Shown: positions 13,121-25,476, counted from the stretch's first letter. The stretch is DNA of 64,000 bases from Haliotis cracherodii (GCF_022045235.1 NW_027266341.1:54870001-54934000), one strand, 5' to 3'. Notes: a model not told the origin generated them from the sequence alone. Made by a program: numbers and translations.

Positions 13121-15526
13121 TGTCTCCCCGTCGCCGTCGTCGCTCTGTGCGTCGTTGCTGTCTCCAGCATGTCCTACAACAACAACTTTGGCTCTGTCGG
13201 ACAGGTCGGCCATGTTGCCTCGGGTCTCAACGACTACGGCAAGGGGCAATATGGAGGCGCCGAGGGTCTTCGTCGTTACGGAAGCAAAAACAGCGCTGCC
13301 AATGCCAACAACAAAGCCGCCAACAACTACGCCGCCCACGGTAACAACTACCACAAGGCTGCTGATCAGGCCAGCGCTAAGGGGGACACCGCCTCCAACT
13401 ACTACGGCCACAAGAACGCTGCTCACGCTGACAAAGCCTCCGGTGCTGCCGCTCAGGCCAACAAAGCCAATTATCACGATGCTGCCGCCGCAAACTACGC
13501 CAGGAAGGACGACGCCTCCAAAGCTTCTGCCAACAACGACTACGCCAACAAAAACTACTACCGAAAGGGGAACGTCTACAACACCGGAGTCCACTACGGC
13601 TTCGACAAGAAGTACAACAAGAACGCCGATGAGGACGGTGACTACGAAATTCTTGATGACAGCAGTGCCCACAACCTCGACGAATACCGTGATAAGAACA
13701 AGGCTTACAGCACCGCCAACAGTGACCACGCCGCCAAAAAATATGCTGCTGATCGCTCCCGTGCTCTGAAAGACAGCAAGTACAGTAAAGACGCTTACAA
13801 GGCCAAATACGGTAACGGTAAATACGGCTCTGCTGCTAGTCAAGCTGCCAAGAACGGTGCTGCCAACCACGGTTATGACAGTAAACTGAACGAGGCAGCC
13901 GGAAGCAACAAGTACTATACCGACGCCCACGATGCTGCCATCAACAAACATGACGACTTCACCGGCAAGAACGCCTACTACGATAGAAAGAACGCCGCTA
14001 ATGCCGCTGCACAGGCTGCCCACAACGTTGCCGGATATGGAGGACTCGCTCATGGTGTCGCTGGTGTCGCTGGTTCTCTGGGTGTATCTGGAGTAGGATA
14101 CGGCAAGGGCTACGGTAAGCAGTACGGTCAAGGATACAACAATGGCTACCTCGGACATGACGCACACAACAACAAATACTACGATGCTGGCGCCCACGGT
14201 AAACACGCAAACTACTATGACGGTGCCTCCAATGCCGCTCTCGCCAAAACCGGAGGATACGGATCCAAACTGGGTGAATCCAGCCGAAACAAGGACGACG
14301 CTGCCTATAAGAGAACCGGCTACAACAACGCACAAGCCAACGACTACTACAAGTCTGGAGCTGCTGTTGCCAACAACAACGCCTACAGAGTCAACAAGGA
14401 TGGTGCCGCTGCCAACAACCACGGTTTCAGTCACGCCGGTGCCGACGCTGCCAGTCTCTATGACAACAAAGCCGCAGCTCACGACAATGCCAACTCTGCT
14501 TACGCCAAGGACAACTTCAGACGTAAGTACAACGAGGGTGCCAAGAAACACCATCTGGTCAAGAAGTTCCACCACCATTCTAAAGCCGACGGCAATAACT
14601 ACGAGCGTCTCAACTACGACAAGAAGGACTACAAAGACAACTTCGGCCAGAACGCCGATGCCGCTCATGCCAACGCAAAGAAATACACTCAAAAACTGTA
14701 CAAGAACGCCGCCAATGCTGCCGCCTCTAACAATGATAAGTATGCTGCCAACCACGCCAACAAAGCCTCCAACTACTACGATGCTGCTAATGCTGCCAAC
14801 GGCAACGCCGCTAAGAAATCCAACTACTACAACAAAAACTCCGCTGCCTCTGCTGGTGCTGCCAACGCTGCTGCCAAGTCTTATTATGACAACCACAACA
14901 ACGCTGCTGCTTCTAATGCCAAGAGTCTCAACGACTACTCACACAACCAGTACGGTAACAACGGCCACGCCTTCAACGCCGCCCACGGTGGTGCTGCTCA
15001 CCATGCCGGTGCCGCCCACCACGACGCTCCCAGCTACGGTTACGGCGTCGGACAAGGAATTGGAGGAGCTGGAGTTGTCGGCCTTGGTCACGGTGTTGGA
15101 AGCTTCGGTAACGGCAATGGCGTCGGCGTCGGTAGAGGAGTTGTTGGCCTTGGTCACGGTGTTGGTGGATACGGTAATGGGATCGGCGTCGGTAGAGGAG
15201 TTGTCGGCCTTGGTCACGGTGTTGGTGGATACGGTAATGGAGTCGGACACGGAATAGGAGGAGCTGGACATGGAGTTGTCGGCCTTGGTCACGGTGTTGG
15301 TGGATACGGTAATGGGATCGGCGTCGGTAGAGGAGTTGCCGGCCTTGGAAACAGTGTTGGTGGATACGGCAATGGAGTCGGACACGGAATTGGAGCAGCT
15401 GGACATGGAGTTGTCGGCCTTGGACATGGCGTTGGTGGATTCGGTAACGGAGGTGTCGGCCTTGGGAGAGGCTTTGGTGTTGGTCAAGGTTACGGAGGTT
15501 ACAACAAGTACCCATACTACGGGTAA
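13121..15526 (+). CDS. Paralog 1 exon 2: secreted Ala/Asn/Gly/Tyr/His-rich structural-type protein (803 aa spliced)
   Basis: Acceptor tatttttcag|TGT in frame with ORF 13022-15526; MK+CLPVAVVALCVVAVSS is a signal peptide; strong C-ending codon bias; four paralogs in the window. Confidence 0.93.
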   Translation, partial: CLPVAVVALCVVAVSSMSYNNNFGSVGQVGHVASGLNDYGKGQYGGAEGLRRYGSKNSAANANNKAANNYAAHGNNYHKAADQASAKGDTASNYYGHKNAAHADKASGAAAQANKANYHDAAAANYARKDDASKASANNDYANKNYYRKGNVYNTGVHYGFDKKYNKNADEDGDYEILDDSSAHNLDEYRDKNKAYSTANSDHAAKKYAADRSRALKDSKYSKDAYKAKYGNGKYGSAASQAAKNGAANHGYDSKLNEAAGSNKYYTDAHDAAINKHDDFTGKNAYYDRKNAANAAAQAAHNVAGYGGLAHGVAGVAGSLGVSGVGYGKGYGKQYGQGYNNGYLGHDAHNNKYYDAGAHGKHANYYDGASNAALAKTGGYGSKLGESSRNKDDAAYKRTGYNNAQANDYYKSGAAVANNNAYRVNKDGAAANNHGFSHAGADAASLYDNKAAAHDNANSAYAKDNFRRKYNEGAKKHHLVKKFHHHSKADGNNYERLNYDKKDYKDNFGQNADAAHANAKKYTQKLYKNAANAAASNNDKYAANHANKASNYYDAANAANGNAAKKSNYYNKNSAASAGAANAAAKSYYDNHNNAAASNAKSLNDYSHNQYGNNGHAFNAAHGGAAHHAGAAHHDAPSYGYGVGQGIGGAGVVGLGHGVGSFGNGNGVGVGRGVVGLGHGVGGYGNGIGVGRGVVGLGHGVGGYGNGVGHGIGGAGHGVVGLGHGVGGYGNGIGVGRGVAGLGNSVGGYGNGVGHGIGAAGHGVVGLGHGVGGFGNGGVGLGRGFGVGQGYGGYNKYPYYG

Positions 15527-15971
15527 ACGGTCACATGTGGTTGACTATATTGAACACCATCCTCACCTCACAAATCATGTGGCCAGTGTGCTTGATATGA
15601 ATGAAGAAGTTTGAATGCTTTTTTACCTCAAGTTTTATGTGTGTGTACCGTGTGTTTAATTGTTTTTTGTAACCAGAAAGGTACTACCACCAGATCTGAT
15701 CAGAAAAAAAGAACCAATTAGATTTTCAAAACAAAATTACATTATATTGATATGAATAAGGGTCATTCGGAACCTGTTAAGTTTTTTTCTATATTGATTG
15801 CCGAAATAATTGTTCAAACAAGGCGGTATTTAAACACATTTCAGAAGACGTAAGCCATTTCCATGTATACATGTACAATGCCTTTCGAATAGGTTGTTTT
15901 GTTACTTTGTACTTTGTACCTCGTTTTTCTGTTGTATTGTGATTTATGTCTTACTTTTACCCAATCGTAAG

Positions 15972-15977
15972 AATAAA
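15972..15977 (+). terminator. Probable polyadenylation signal of paralog 1
   Basis: AATAAA in ccaatcgtaagAATAAAt, a context conserved behind paralog 2 (28389). Confidence 0.65.
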
Positions 15978-16103
15978 TGTTGTCTGATAAATATGCTCTT
16001 CGTGTATTATATACAAATCATGAGAAACGGAGATACAATGCCGTGACTGAATGGAGTCTTACACCGCGGTCAGCACATGTCAGGGTGCTCTCAATCAGTT
16101 CCT

Positions 16104-16455
16104 GACCACCTTCGTGGTCTAGTGGTAGAGCGTCCACCCGGAGAGCGGAAAGTCCGGGGTTCGATACCCGGCCTCGTCATTCCAAAAGACGTTAAAAGAT
16201 GGTACTTGTTGCTACCCTGTCTGGCGCTCGCCATTATGGGGCTTAAACATGGACTGGCCTGGTCGGCTCGGAGTCAGTATACTGTGTCAGAGTGGGGTAT
16301 TCAAGTTAAACTGCGGCATGTCATCTCAGTAGGCTGGCACTAAAAATCGGTATTAGTCCGGATAGTACAAGCCGACACACACACATGCATGCACGTCGCA
16401 ATATAAGTACAACAATCTTGGACGCGATGTTAAACCCCATTTCACCGCACCTCAC
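16104..16455 (+). mobile_element. tRNA-derived SINE (family C)
   Basis: A box gtggtctagtgg, B box ggttcgatacc; TSD ctcaatcagt(t/c)cct at 16090-16103 and 16456-16469; relatives at 63360-63547, ~30560-30790(-), ~50255-50320(-). Confidence 0.85.
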
Positions 16456-16826
16456 CTCAATCAGTCCCTGAACAGACATCCGTTAAGAAGTTTGCGTGCG
16501 ACACATTGTGTAAGCCAGGATATACCTCAGCATGTTCTTAAGTGAACATCCTGTCCGGGCCATTTTGGTCACCTGGTTCCCTTCGAGATCGTCTTTTGCG
16601 TCTAACGGGGTATTAGGAACTCGCTCTGTCTCTCCATTTATCACGGCATCAGAAACTAGTGTCTGTCACAAAGACAGGGACTACATGTTACTGCTCATCT
16701 GTTAGATCAGAGCAAAATTATTATTTCGGATTCTCCGTATTGTCGTTTCTGATCAGGAACAGACTACTTCATTGCAATTATATGTCTGCCAAATACATAT
16801 GTATCCCTAGGATCAACTCTGCTAAA

Positions 16827-17111
16827 GGGGGACACGGGTGGCCCAGTCGTCTAAGGCGCCGCGATTCGATGTGCAGAGTTGCGTCCCTTGGGCACGCCGG
16901 AAACCTATGATTGTTGGTTCGAATCCCGGTTCTCCCCGATTATGTTTCTAGGTTTGTCAGCACGATACTGGTGTCAGCTCATGGGTTTCACCGAAGTGGT
17001 AAATGTCTAAGACCTGCATCACTTCGGGCTTTCCTCCCACATTAAGCTGACACGCCGTGATATAACTGGAATACTGTTAAAAGCGGCGTTAAGCCCAACT
17101 CACACTCACTC
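16827..17111 (+). mobile_element. tRNA-derived SINE (family B)
   Basis: B box ggttcgaatccc, gctttcctcccaca core, (ACTC)n tail; TSD actctgctaaag at 16816-16827 and 17112-17123. Confidence 0.87.
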
Positions 17112-17306
17112 ACTCTGCTAAAGACCATTAATATGTGACAATTATTCACTTTGATTTGAACACCCGGTGTCTAATCGACTAGGTGCAAGGATCCTATGCC
17201 ATCAATCGCACGTGACACGTGTTCCCTGAGCCAGTCGTGCATACACTTTATTCCTTGGACCAATTCTGGTATGTTTGTCAATCATCGAAATATCACTAGT
17301 CATCAG

Positions 17307-17462
17307 AGTGAGTGAGTGAGTGAGTATGGTTTGACGCCCTTTTATCAATATTCAAGCAATATCACTGCGGGGAACAGCAGAAATGGGCTTCACACATTGT
17401 ACCCATGTCGGGAATCGAACCCGGGGCTTTGGCGTGACGACCGAACGCTTTAACCGCAAGGC
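17307..17462 (-). mobile_element. tRNA-Asp-like SINE (family A)
   Basis: Reverse match to 28752-28915; (GAGT)n tail. Confidence 0.82.
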
Positions 17463-19299
17463 TCCAGGCCCACTAGGTCATAAGACCTATTGTGAGCTAA
17501 CATGGTCCTAGTCTAGGAATAATACCTGTTCCTTTCATTCACTTTTTGCCAAATTATTCAAAACGCTAACAGGTCACGTAAATGTGTGTAATATAATAAT
17601 CTAAACGTGTTTAGAATTTAAATTTTAAACCTGTTTCAATAAAGTGCATATGAGTGGACATTAAGTCAAATATTGATCAGAAGTATGCCACACAGTAAAC
17701 TGCGTTTTTAACGAACATGCTTAAAACATCTTAACGGACATAACGAACCTTTTTTGGGTCTCGTCCATTTGCTGAATATATGCATATAACGAACTACGGT
17801 TATAACGAACTAAATTTAGAGGTCCCTTTGTGTTCGTTATGACCGTAGTTTATTGAAATTAGATGTGCAAATCAGATTCACAGGCACTTGTATAACGCAT
17901 GCACCACCAGCACAGGAAATTGGTACATTAACATAAAAATGTACAAATACACTAAGCTAACTTAATGGTCTCTAGGAAAAATTGACATTTGTAGCACAGG
18001 TGGTAGGGTGACGAACTACAAACCAAGAGGTTACAAGTTATTATCCGGCTGAGTTTTTAAAATTGACGTGTTTATAAATATGTTTTTGCTGTATGACTAA
18101 ACGTATTTCTGTTTTACAAGAAACGGAAGCTGACAATGAAAGTATATCTGAGTACTATATATGATAGACCCATAACTTGTTTTCAGTTACCCTTATACAT
18201 ATATCTCCATAAAACGCTAAAACACATACAAAGAGCAAGTCTTTTTTCAAATTAGCTACAATGAATTTCAAGAAGGGAATAGGGGTCTTTCCCACTTTTA
18301 GACCCTAAACATGTTCATATCCTTGAAAATGTTTGGACCTAAAAAAGGCTTGTTCAGGTTTGTTTTTTACAGAATGGTTTAAAAAAATAGAAATTAAGAC
18401 AGAAAAAAAGTTGATACAACATTGCCAAGCGTACATTTAGTGAAGTAAATAAAAAGATCCAGGGTATATGAGATATTAACGCCTGCCAACTTTCTTTTAA
18501 TTACATTTCTTTTTTAAATCGACAGAGCGATGCAGCATGTGTTAGATCAAAAATGACTCTGTTTCTTATCCACATTATTCAGGATACGAGGCCTATTAAA
18601 CAATCCGGTATAATTAACTGAAGGGATGGACATGCTTCTTATTGTACAGATTAAGTCCATGGCAAATGTACAAAAAAGTTTCTCAGCATCATAGATAGCA
18701 TACAAATATTTCAGCGCGATCAGTTATAATTTTGTCCTAATTAGTTTTCTGCCTACTGAGATATAAGGAGGGAAAATGAGACTAGTAACTTGTACTTTGG
18801 AAATTGACTCATGATGAGAATATTTTATGCCCACTAACTATTTTTGTGTAAATATATTGCCGTTATGGTTACACTATATCAAGCGATCCAAAATTTATTC
18901 TGCATCGTCCTGTTCAGTACCTGATCGGTCTGTTCCTGTTTGATACCAAATTTCATAAAAGCTTATAATAAACATACATTCAGGCCGGCGGGAGATAGTA
19001 TTATATATTTCAAAAACAAAAAAATTAATCTAATCTTTGTGTCAGTCTATATGTAGTAGTTCATTATCAATGAGTATAGATATGTATTATACGTTGTACT
19101 ATAGTCTTCAGTGTAGGCATTGTCCTCAGGGGATTTAGTTTTGGGATAAATGGTGCAAAGTCTGTCGTATAATTAAATCATTTATACAAGAATGGTAACC
19201 ATGTTATCATAGTTTACAAAAAGATTATACCATCTTGATAAAAAAAAGAAACATTTAAGATTTAATAGAAACATTTAAGTAGAAGCAGTTGATGTACAG

Positions 19300-19713
19300 T
19301 GAGCGAGTGAGTTTGGTTTAACGCTGCTTTGAACAGTATTCCAGTTACATCACGGCATATCAGCTTAATATGGGAAGAAAACCCGAAGTGATGCAGGTCT
19401 CAAACGTTTACCACTTTAGTGAAACCCACGGTGCTGATAAAAAAGAAACAGCCGGGACGAACCGGGATTCGAACCCACAATCATAGGGTTCCAGCTTATC
19501 CAAGGGACGCAACTCTGCTTAATATGGGAAGAAAGCCTGAAGTGATGCAGGTCTCAGACGTTTACCACTTTGGTGAAACTAACGGTGCTCACACACCTGA
19601 AACATTCGGGGCGAACCGGGATTCGAACCCCCAATCATAGGATTCCAGCCTATCCAAGTTACGAAACTCTGCACAGAGAATTGCGCGACTTACACAACTG
19701 TGCCACCCGTGCC
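19300..19713 (-). mobile_element. SINE family B with internal tandem duplication
   Basis: Two successive copies of aatatgggaagaaa..gaagtgatgcaggtctc..ccgggattcgaaccc. Confidence 0.78.
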
Positions 19714-21726
19714 TCCGATGATGTATAACATAAATAGTCAGCACAATATTACTGAACACAAGGACAAAAACAGATACTAGTACATAAGTATATGACATAC
19801 ATGAAGCACCGAAGAAAATACTTATATCTGAAGTAATCCTATCATAACTTTCATCAATATTTTCATTTCTGTAAACATGGTAAAGGCTTAAAGTTACTCA
19901 GAAGCAAAAATAACTACAAGGTAATACTAGACGAAATAACGAATGCCGGGAAACCCATCCTTCCAGATAAAGACTATGAGGAACATCTATACACAAATGG
20001 TCAGGGGTCAGGGGTCAGGGGTCCGTTGCATAAAGCACTTACGATGCTTCGCAAGGCTTCGACGTGGCTTTCTTTTTGATGTGTGGTATCTGCAACGGTC
20101 GCATCCTAACTTAGATTAGAGCTGCCAGGCATTCCAAAACAACATCGCACACGCCAATTCCCGTGTTGTTTATTCAATAAATATAAGCTATAAAACCAGT
20201 TCCATATTCATAAGAAATCTCTGAGACCATCTATGACAATATCATGAGCATGTGTCAAATAGTGATAATACCCGGTTTTTCTGATATTTCACGTAAATAT
20301 GAGTACTCCATTAAAAAAACCGTGTGGTTGTTCTCTGAGTACTGGCTAAGTGACAGTACGATTCAATATTTGGATATTTAAGATATTTTCAACTGGAAAT
20401 CACACATACAATATAATCAACTGAGAGATACAATTTTATATGATGCAATGTGAGCTTTAACGATGTTTATGTTAACGTAATACAATTTCTTTTAATGAGA
20501 ACTAAGAAACAGATGGCCATTGTTATGTGTCGATTCCAAAATTGAAGCACTATGTTAACCCAGAAATATGTGAATTTAGTGTAAAACCAACAGACAAGCA
20601 AACACACGCTATGTATACATTGGTATATACAATTGTATTACAAATGTAATTAGGTTTACAAATAAATAATACTGCACAGGAATCCCAATGGCAGTACATA
20701 ATAGAGTGGTAATACGCTATCCAGTGGCAGTATAGAATGTGAGAGCAGTGGAAATTACAATGGCAAGAATAATAATCACCTCGACGCAACAGTGGTCAAG
20801 CTTCCCAGATAGGCCAAGTCTAGGAATCCAGGGTGAAATGTGATCTTCACACGAAAGCTGGCCTTGATGTAATGTGAGATGAAATGTGAGGTAAGACAGG
20901 GACGCGCCCACTCCACTTATACAGTTTTACCAGCTTTTAGCACTTGTTTCAGTGTCACCTTAACATCACAGAATACTCCACATGTTTCTATAATGCTTGA
21001 CATCCCCCCATGCTATTCCTGACGTTTACCGATATTTCCAGCATCTAAATATAACTAACTTACCATTACTTACATTAAATAGTACTACATTCCTGACAAC
21101 TAGTCATTGTCCATATACAATCCAATGAACTTCTACTGAATCTCATCAGAAACAGTGTAAAACAGTAACTGTTACAATCATTATTTAACAAAAAATACAC
21201 TGCAATATACACCATATATATCAGTACCCGGCCAGCACAGCGTTGTGGATAAGTTGTTGGGATGTTACGTTGTGTCATAACTTTCAGTAACGTCATGAAA
21301 ACGTTGCAGTACAACTACGAGTATCATATACTAGAACATGGTGGTTTGAAGACATGTTCTTTAACATGAACAAGTTGCTCAAACACAAAGTGCTTCGCGG
21401 AATAAACGACGACAAGACATGATACGTGCTGTCCAAGCCGAGCAAACCAGACCAATCTCACATTTTAGCTTTGAAATCCAGTCCGAGGTATGAAATTATA
21501 CTTTTCAAACCTAAAACATATCTATGAATGAAAAAAAAGAGAAATTAATTGGGATATTCGAAAAAGAGGTCAGCGACATGTTGTCTCTATTCTTAAAGGA
21601 CAGAGTGAGTGGGTATTGTTTTACGCCTCTTTTAGCAACATTCCAGCAATATCGTCGCGGAGGACACCAGAAATGGGCTTCACACATTGTACCAAGCGCA
21701 ATCCCCAACTTAACGCCTTCGTGACA

Positions 21727-21997
21727 CGTGAAGATCCGGGGTAGAATAGGTCTTCAGCAACCCATGCTTAACGTAAAAGGCGACTATGCTTGTGGTAAGA
21801 GGAAACTAACGGGATCGGGTGGTCAGGCTCGCTGACTTGGTTGAAGCATGTCACCGATCCCAATTGCGTGGATCAATGCTCATAATGTCAATCATTGGAA
21901 TGTCTGGCCCAGACTCGATTATTTACAGACCGCCGTCATATAGCTGGAATATTGCTGAGTGCGACGTTAAACAACAAATAAATAAACAAACAAACAA
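21727..21997 (+). mobile_element. SINE with Meta/MESC-like core (gtaa(a/g)aggcgact) and (AAAC)n tail
   Basis: Multiple dispersed copies (25021-25205, 37370-37623, 52509-52768, 61686-61832); directly preceded by a family A fragment at 21604-21693. Confidence 0.8.
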
Positions 21998-23102
21998 ACT
22001 TAACGTCTTTGCGCTATACAGTGACATCTCTGATAGATATCTTCTTACAGATGCATCTTTTCGTACCAATGTAGATGCACATTCCCGACTTACATAGAAT
22101 CATCGTTATATCTGTCTGACAGTAAGAAAACCGTCATCAATTACATCATACGAAAACAGCTAGGTATTATATAAAACTGTTCAGAAATACGCGTCACAAT
22201 ATTTGCACTGGTTGGCTGATGTGCCTGATCGGACCTTAATGGCTCAACTTTTCATTGAGTCATTCAATACGTCTAACTAAATAAACGTTATTTAGATGGA
22301 TTCACTATATGAAACGGGACGTGCATTTATCTTTCTATAAATATCACAAATGCCGTATTATCTAAAGCTCAGTTGATATATATTTTGCATATATTAAAGG
22401 TTGTATATGGGAGATCTCTTCAACAAAAGATACACAACCTGCATGGTTCGTTTGTCAAACGTCCAATTCGCTGCATATACAGCTGTATAGAGGGTATTAA
22501 ATTTAAGATTGTTAGAAATTCTAACTGAAAATCTCCTCTTTAAAAGTCAGTGTGATGGACTATACTTGAATTGAAAGGCCGTTCACTGAACCATGGTATA
22601 GGCGAGATTGTAGCATCAGAGGAAAGAGGCCTCAGGCTAAAATCTTTATTCATCAAACAAAACATCACAGAAACTGAGATTGATAGACAAATTAAACAAA
22701 GACTATGAAAATGCATTAGCATTTCCATATTCTAATTACAGAATATGTTGTCACCATTAAAATGTATTAAGTCCTTTTAGAACGAAGTATGATAATGTGG
22801 TTCCAATAAGTACTGACAGTCTTTTTAAAATTATTTCAAAACGCTTAATAATTTGAAAACATCTTCTCTTATGTTTCACCTTTAGAAACCAGTAAATAAA
22901 TTATTCATTGTTTTTTGTGATGAAATAGAACCAGTCATATACTCTCTTGAAAATAAAAAGACAAATAACGGTACATACATGTTGCATGTGCGTAGTTTAT
23001 TACAGGATTTTAAACAAATAAAGTTACAGAAAATAGCGCCTTTTCTGTGATTAAGATGTGCCAGTAAACTGTCGGATAAAAGATATTTTCGGTGGTGATG
23101 TA

Positions 23103-23277
23103 CAGTAAACTACGGTTATAACGAACTCAAAGGGACCACTTATTTTAGTCCGTTATAACCGTAGTTCGTTATAAGCTTATATACAGCATATAGACAACAA
23201 ATGGCCGGGACTAATAAGCAAGTTCGTTATATCAGTCAGTTCGATATGAGTGTGTTCGTTATAACCGTAGTTTACTG
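23103..23277. mobile_element. Tc1/mariner-type MITE (TA TSD)
   Basis: TA|cagtaaactacggttataacgaac ... gttcgttataaccgtagtttactg|TA; other copies at ~17695-17856, ~40940-41080, 41153-41327 and 51457 onward. Confidence 0.88.
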
Positions 23278-24699
23278 TATTTGATACGGGTTCAATAGGC
23301 GTGTTATGGACATTAAGTTTGCAGTGTTTCGGCGATTTTTTCAGCCTAGTAACATTTTCATATCGTTTGTAATTTTTGGGTCAAATACAAGTTTCAAGTG
23401 TATACTTTATTTTGCTCGGCAGTTAATAATATAAGTTTATATTTGATATTTTGCTAAAACATTTGATAAGATCTGAAGGTAGGATTAAGGAGCAAGCAGA
23501 TGATGAAATAGATTTAAGAGTCATACCTCAATAAATAAAGGCTCTTGTTCATCCGATGTTTAAACCTATCCCGAGTGAGTGAGTGAGTGAGTTTGGTTTA
23601 ACGCTGCTTTACATACTTTTAGTATTTCATTTATATTACTGTTTATCAGCTTCATGCGCGAACACCCTAAATATATTAATTTCTATTTTTTCATATGTTC
23701 CCCTTTTTATAGATGAACAGTTGACTTGCCTTAGCATGTGTTTGTGACGGGTACCACAGGTGGGGTAGGATACGCTCACCTCTTCGCGAAGACCCGGTAT
23801 AATCTTTATTTGAGAATCATTAACAAATGCTCACGCAACTGTGAACATCTAATTATGGCGCTTTAGATGATAGGGCCACCCGTCTTACAAATATACTGAC
23901 ATATGTGATATACCTGAATAAGGCATAAGGTTTCGAAAAATGGTAAGGAGAAATTAAACAAATCCATATATAATTCCTGAGACAGTGTCTATACATCATG
24001 TTCTTCCACTTTTCTGTTATAAGATCAGATACTTCATGGTGTCACCCACAAATCGTATAATTATCATTGTCCAATTTAATCGTTGAAAAATAATTGAACC
24101 ATTTGTTTTCTGTATATATATATCTTCGTCCTGAATAAGTTTTATTGTTTCCATATGGAAATGGTATTCTCAGGGGAACTAGCATATTGTATAGATGACT
24201 CTTGACAGTTTTCAACTTTCTGGCACTGGAATACCATTGTTTGTAATTAAATTATACATGTCTCCATATTTCATTTCAATCACTGGCATTAAAATCTCAC
24301 TAACATAAAGCAAAACTGATACATATATACTGGAAAATTGATTGAAATATTTTCGTTAGTTTGTCATCGTTTACCGATTAAGATACGGAAATGTGAACAG
24401 AATAAAGATTATGTACACAATGCTGTAATAATGATTGAAGATGGACTATTAAAATCATATATCCATGTGTCCAATATTTTACTACTGACAGAAAAAATGT
24501 TCATATCACAACATTTCTATAATTTTAGAACGTTTTAAAAGTTTTGTTTTAATAAGAGTAGCATCTTACATAGGAGACTCTTAATACAGATATTTTCCAC
24601 TTGAATCCAGCCATCCTATAATATATTCACTTCTTTTGTGCTTTACAATCACATGCCGACGTTCTCGACCTGACGGAACTAAAGTTATGTTAAGTTCTG

Positions 24700-24920
24700 T
24701 CCCCGCTAACGCCCTCCCCTGCTGGGTATGAGGTAACGCTATTATCTGACTCAACCACTTTCATGGAAGCTGATTTCATGACGGGGCAGCCATTGTCTCT
24801 TTGAAGACACCGGTGATGGCGTGACCCCTCGTTAAGCTACAGTTAAACTTTACGACGTTGACTACGGAGGGATATAAGCCTGGCGACACAGAGCCAAGGC
24901 ACAACACCCTCTCAGTCAAC
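24700..24920 (+). promoter_or_regulatory. Proximal promoter and 5' UTR of paralog 2 (TATAA 24873-24877)
   Basis: Homologous to 10351-10570. Confidence 0.8.
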
Positions 24921-24926
24921 ATGAAG
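24921..24926 (+). CDS. Paralog 2 coding exon 1 (Met-Lys)
   Basis: caacATGAAG|gtaaga. Confidence 0.88.
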
Positions 24927-25020
24927 GTAAGAGTGAACCGACTTCCATCACTTGTCTCTATTTCCTCTCTTCATTTCAGCTTCTGGTTGCAAGTTATTCC
25001 AGAGTCTCATGATCATGTGT

Positions 25021-25205
25021 CTGATCCGTATTAGAATTCGCCTTCAGCAACCCATGGTTGTTGTAAAAGGCGACTAACGGTATGGGGTGGTCAGGCTAGC
25101 TGACTTGGTTAATGCATGTCATCGTATCACAATTTCGTAGATCAATGCTCATGATGTCAATCACTAGATTGTTTGGGCCAGATTCGTTAAACAACAAACA
25201 AAACA
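25021..25205 (+). mobile_element. Partial Meta/MESC-like SINE in the paralog 2 intron
   Basis: cttcagcaacccatg..gtaaaaggcgactaacgg..ggtggtcaggc. Confidence 0.75.
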
Positions 25206-25476
25206 AATTATTGTTGTTGTTGTTTTGTTTTGTTGTTGTTGTTGTCATCATTATTATTATTATTATTATTATTCAGTTAAAGACTTTGTATAACCTAAGG
25301 CATTGTTTTATCATCTCTCCTTTGTGAGGAAAGAATTCACCTAGGATTACTTTCAAGGGTCACCTGTGTCTTAACTCGTTTAGTGAACGACAAGGGCGAG
25401 TAACTCAAACGCTATTCTTTATCGGCTTCGTTTTTAATGAAATAGAGCCTTTCTTTCTGTTTATGATTTATTCAAT

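Noticed and set aside
13067-14896. Long Val/Gly-rich antisense ORFs (also 25610-27325, 33482-35635, 43658-45469, 56490-57362)
   Set aside because: Shadows of the sense strand's AAC/TAC/GCC/CAC codon bias; no independent promoter, splice or composition evidence.
14142-15257. Mucin-like Thr/Pro-rich alternative-frame ORFs in every paralog
   Set aside because: Expected from the shifted frame of NNC codons; endpoints differ among paralogs and none connects to the signal exon.
13121-15526. Naming the family as shematrin, abalone Gly/Ala/Asn-rich shell protein, squid beak HBP or DUF4779
   Set aside because: Only compositional or short-motif resemblance; homology cannot be shown without a search, so no gene symbol is given.
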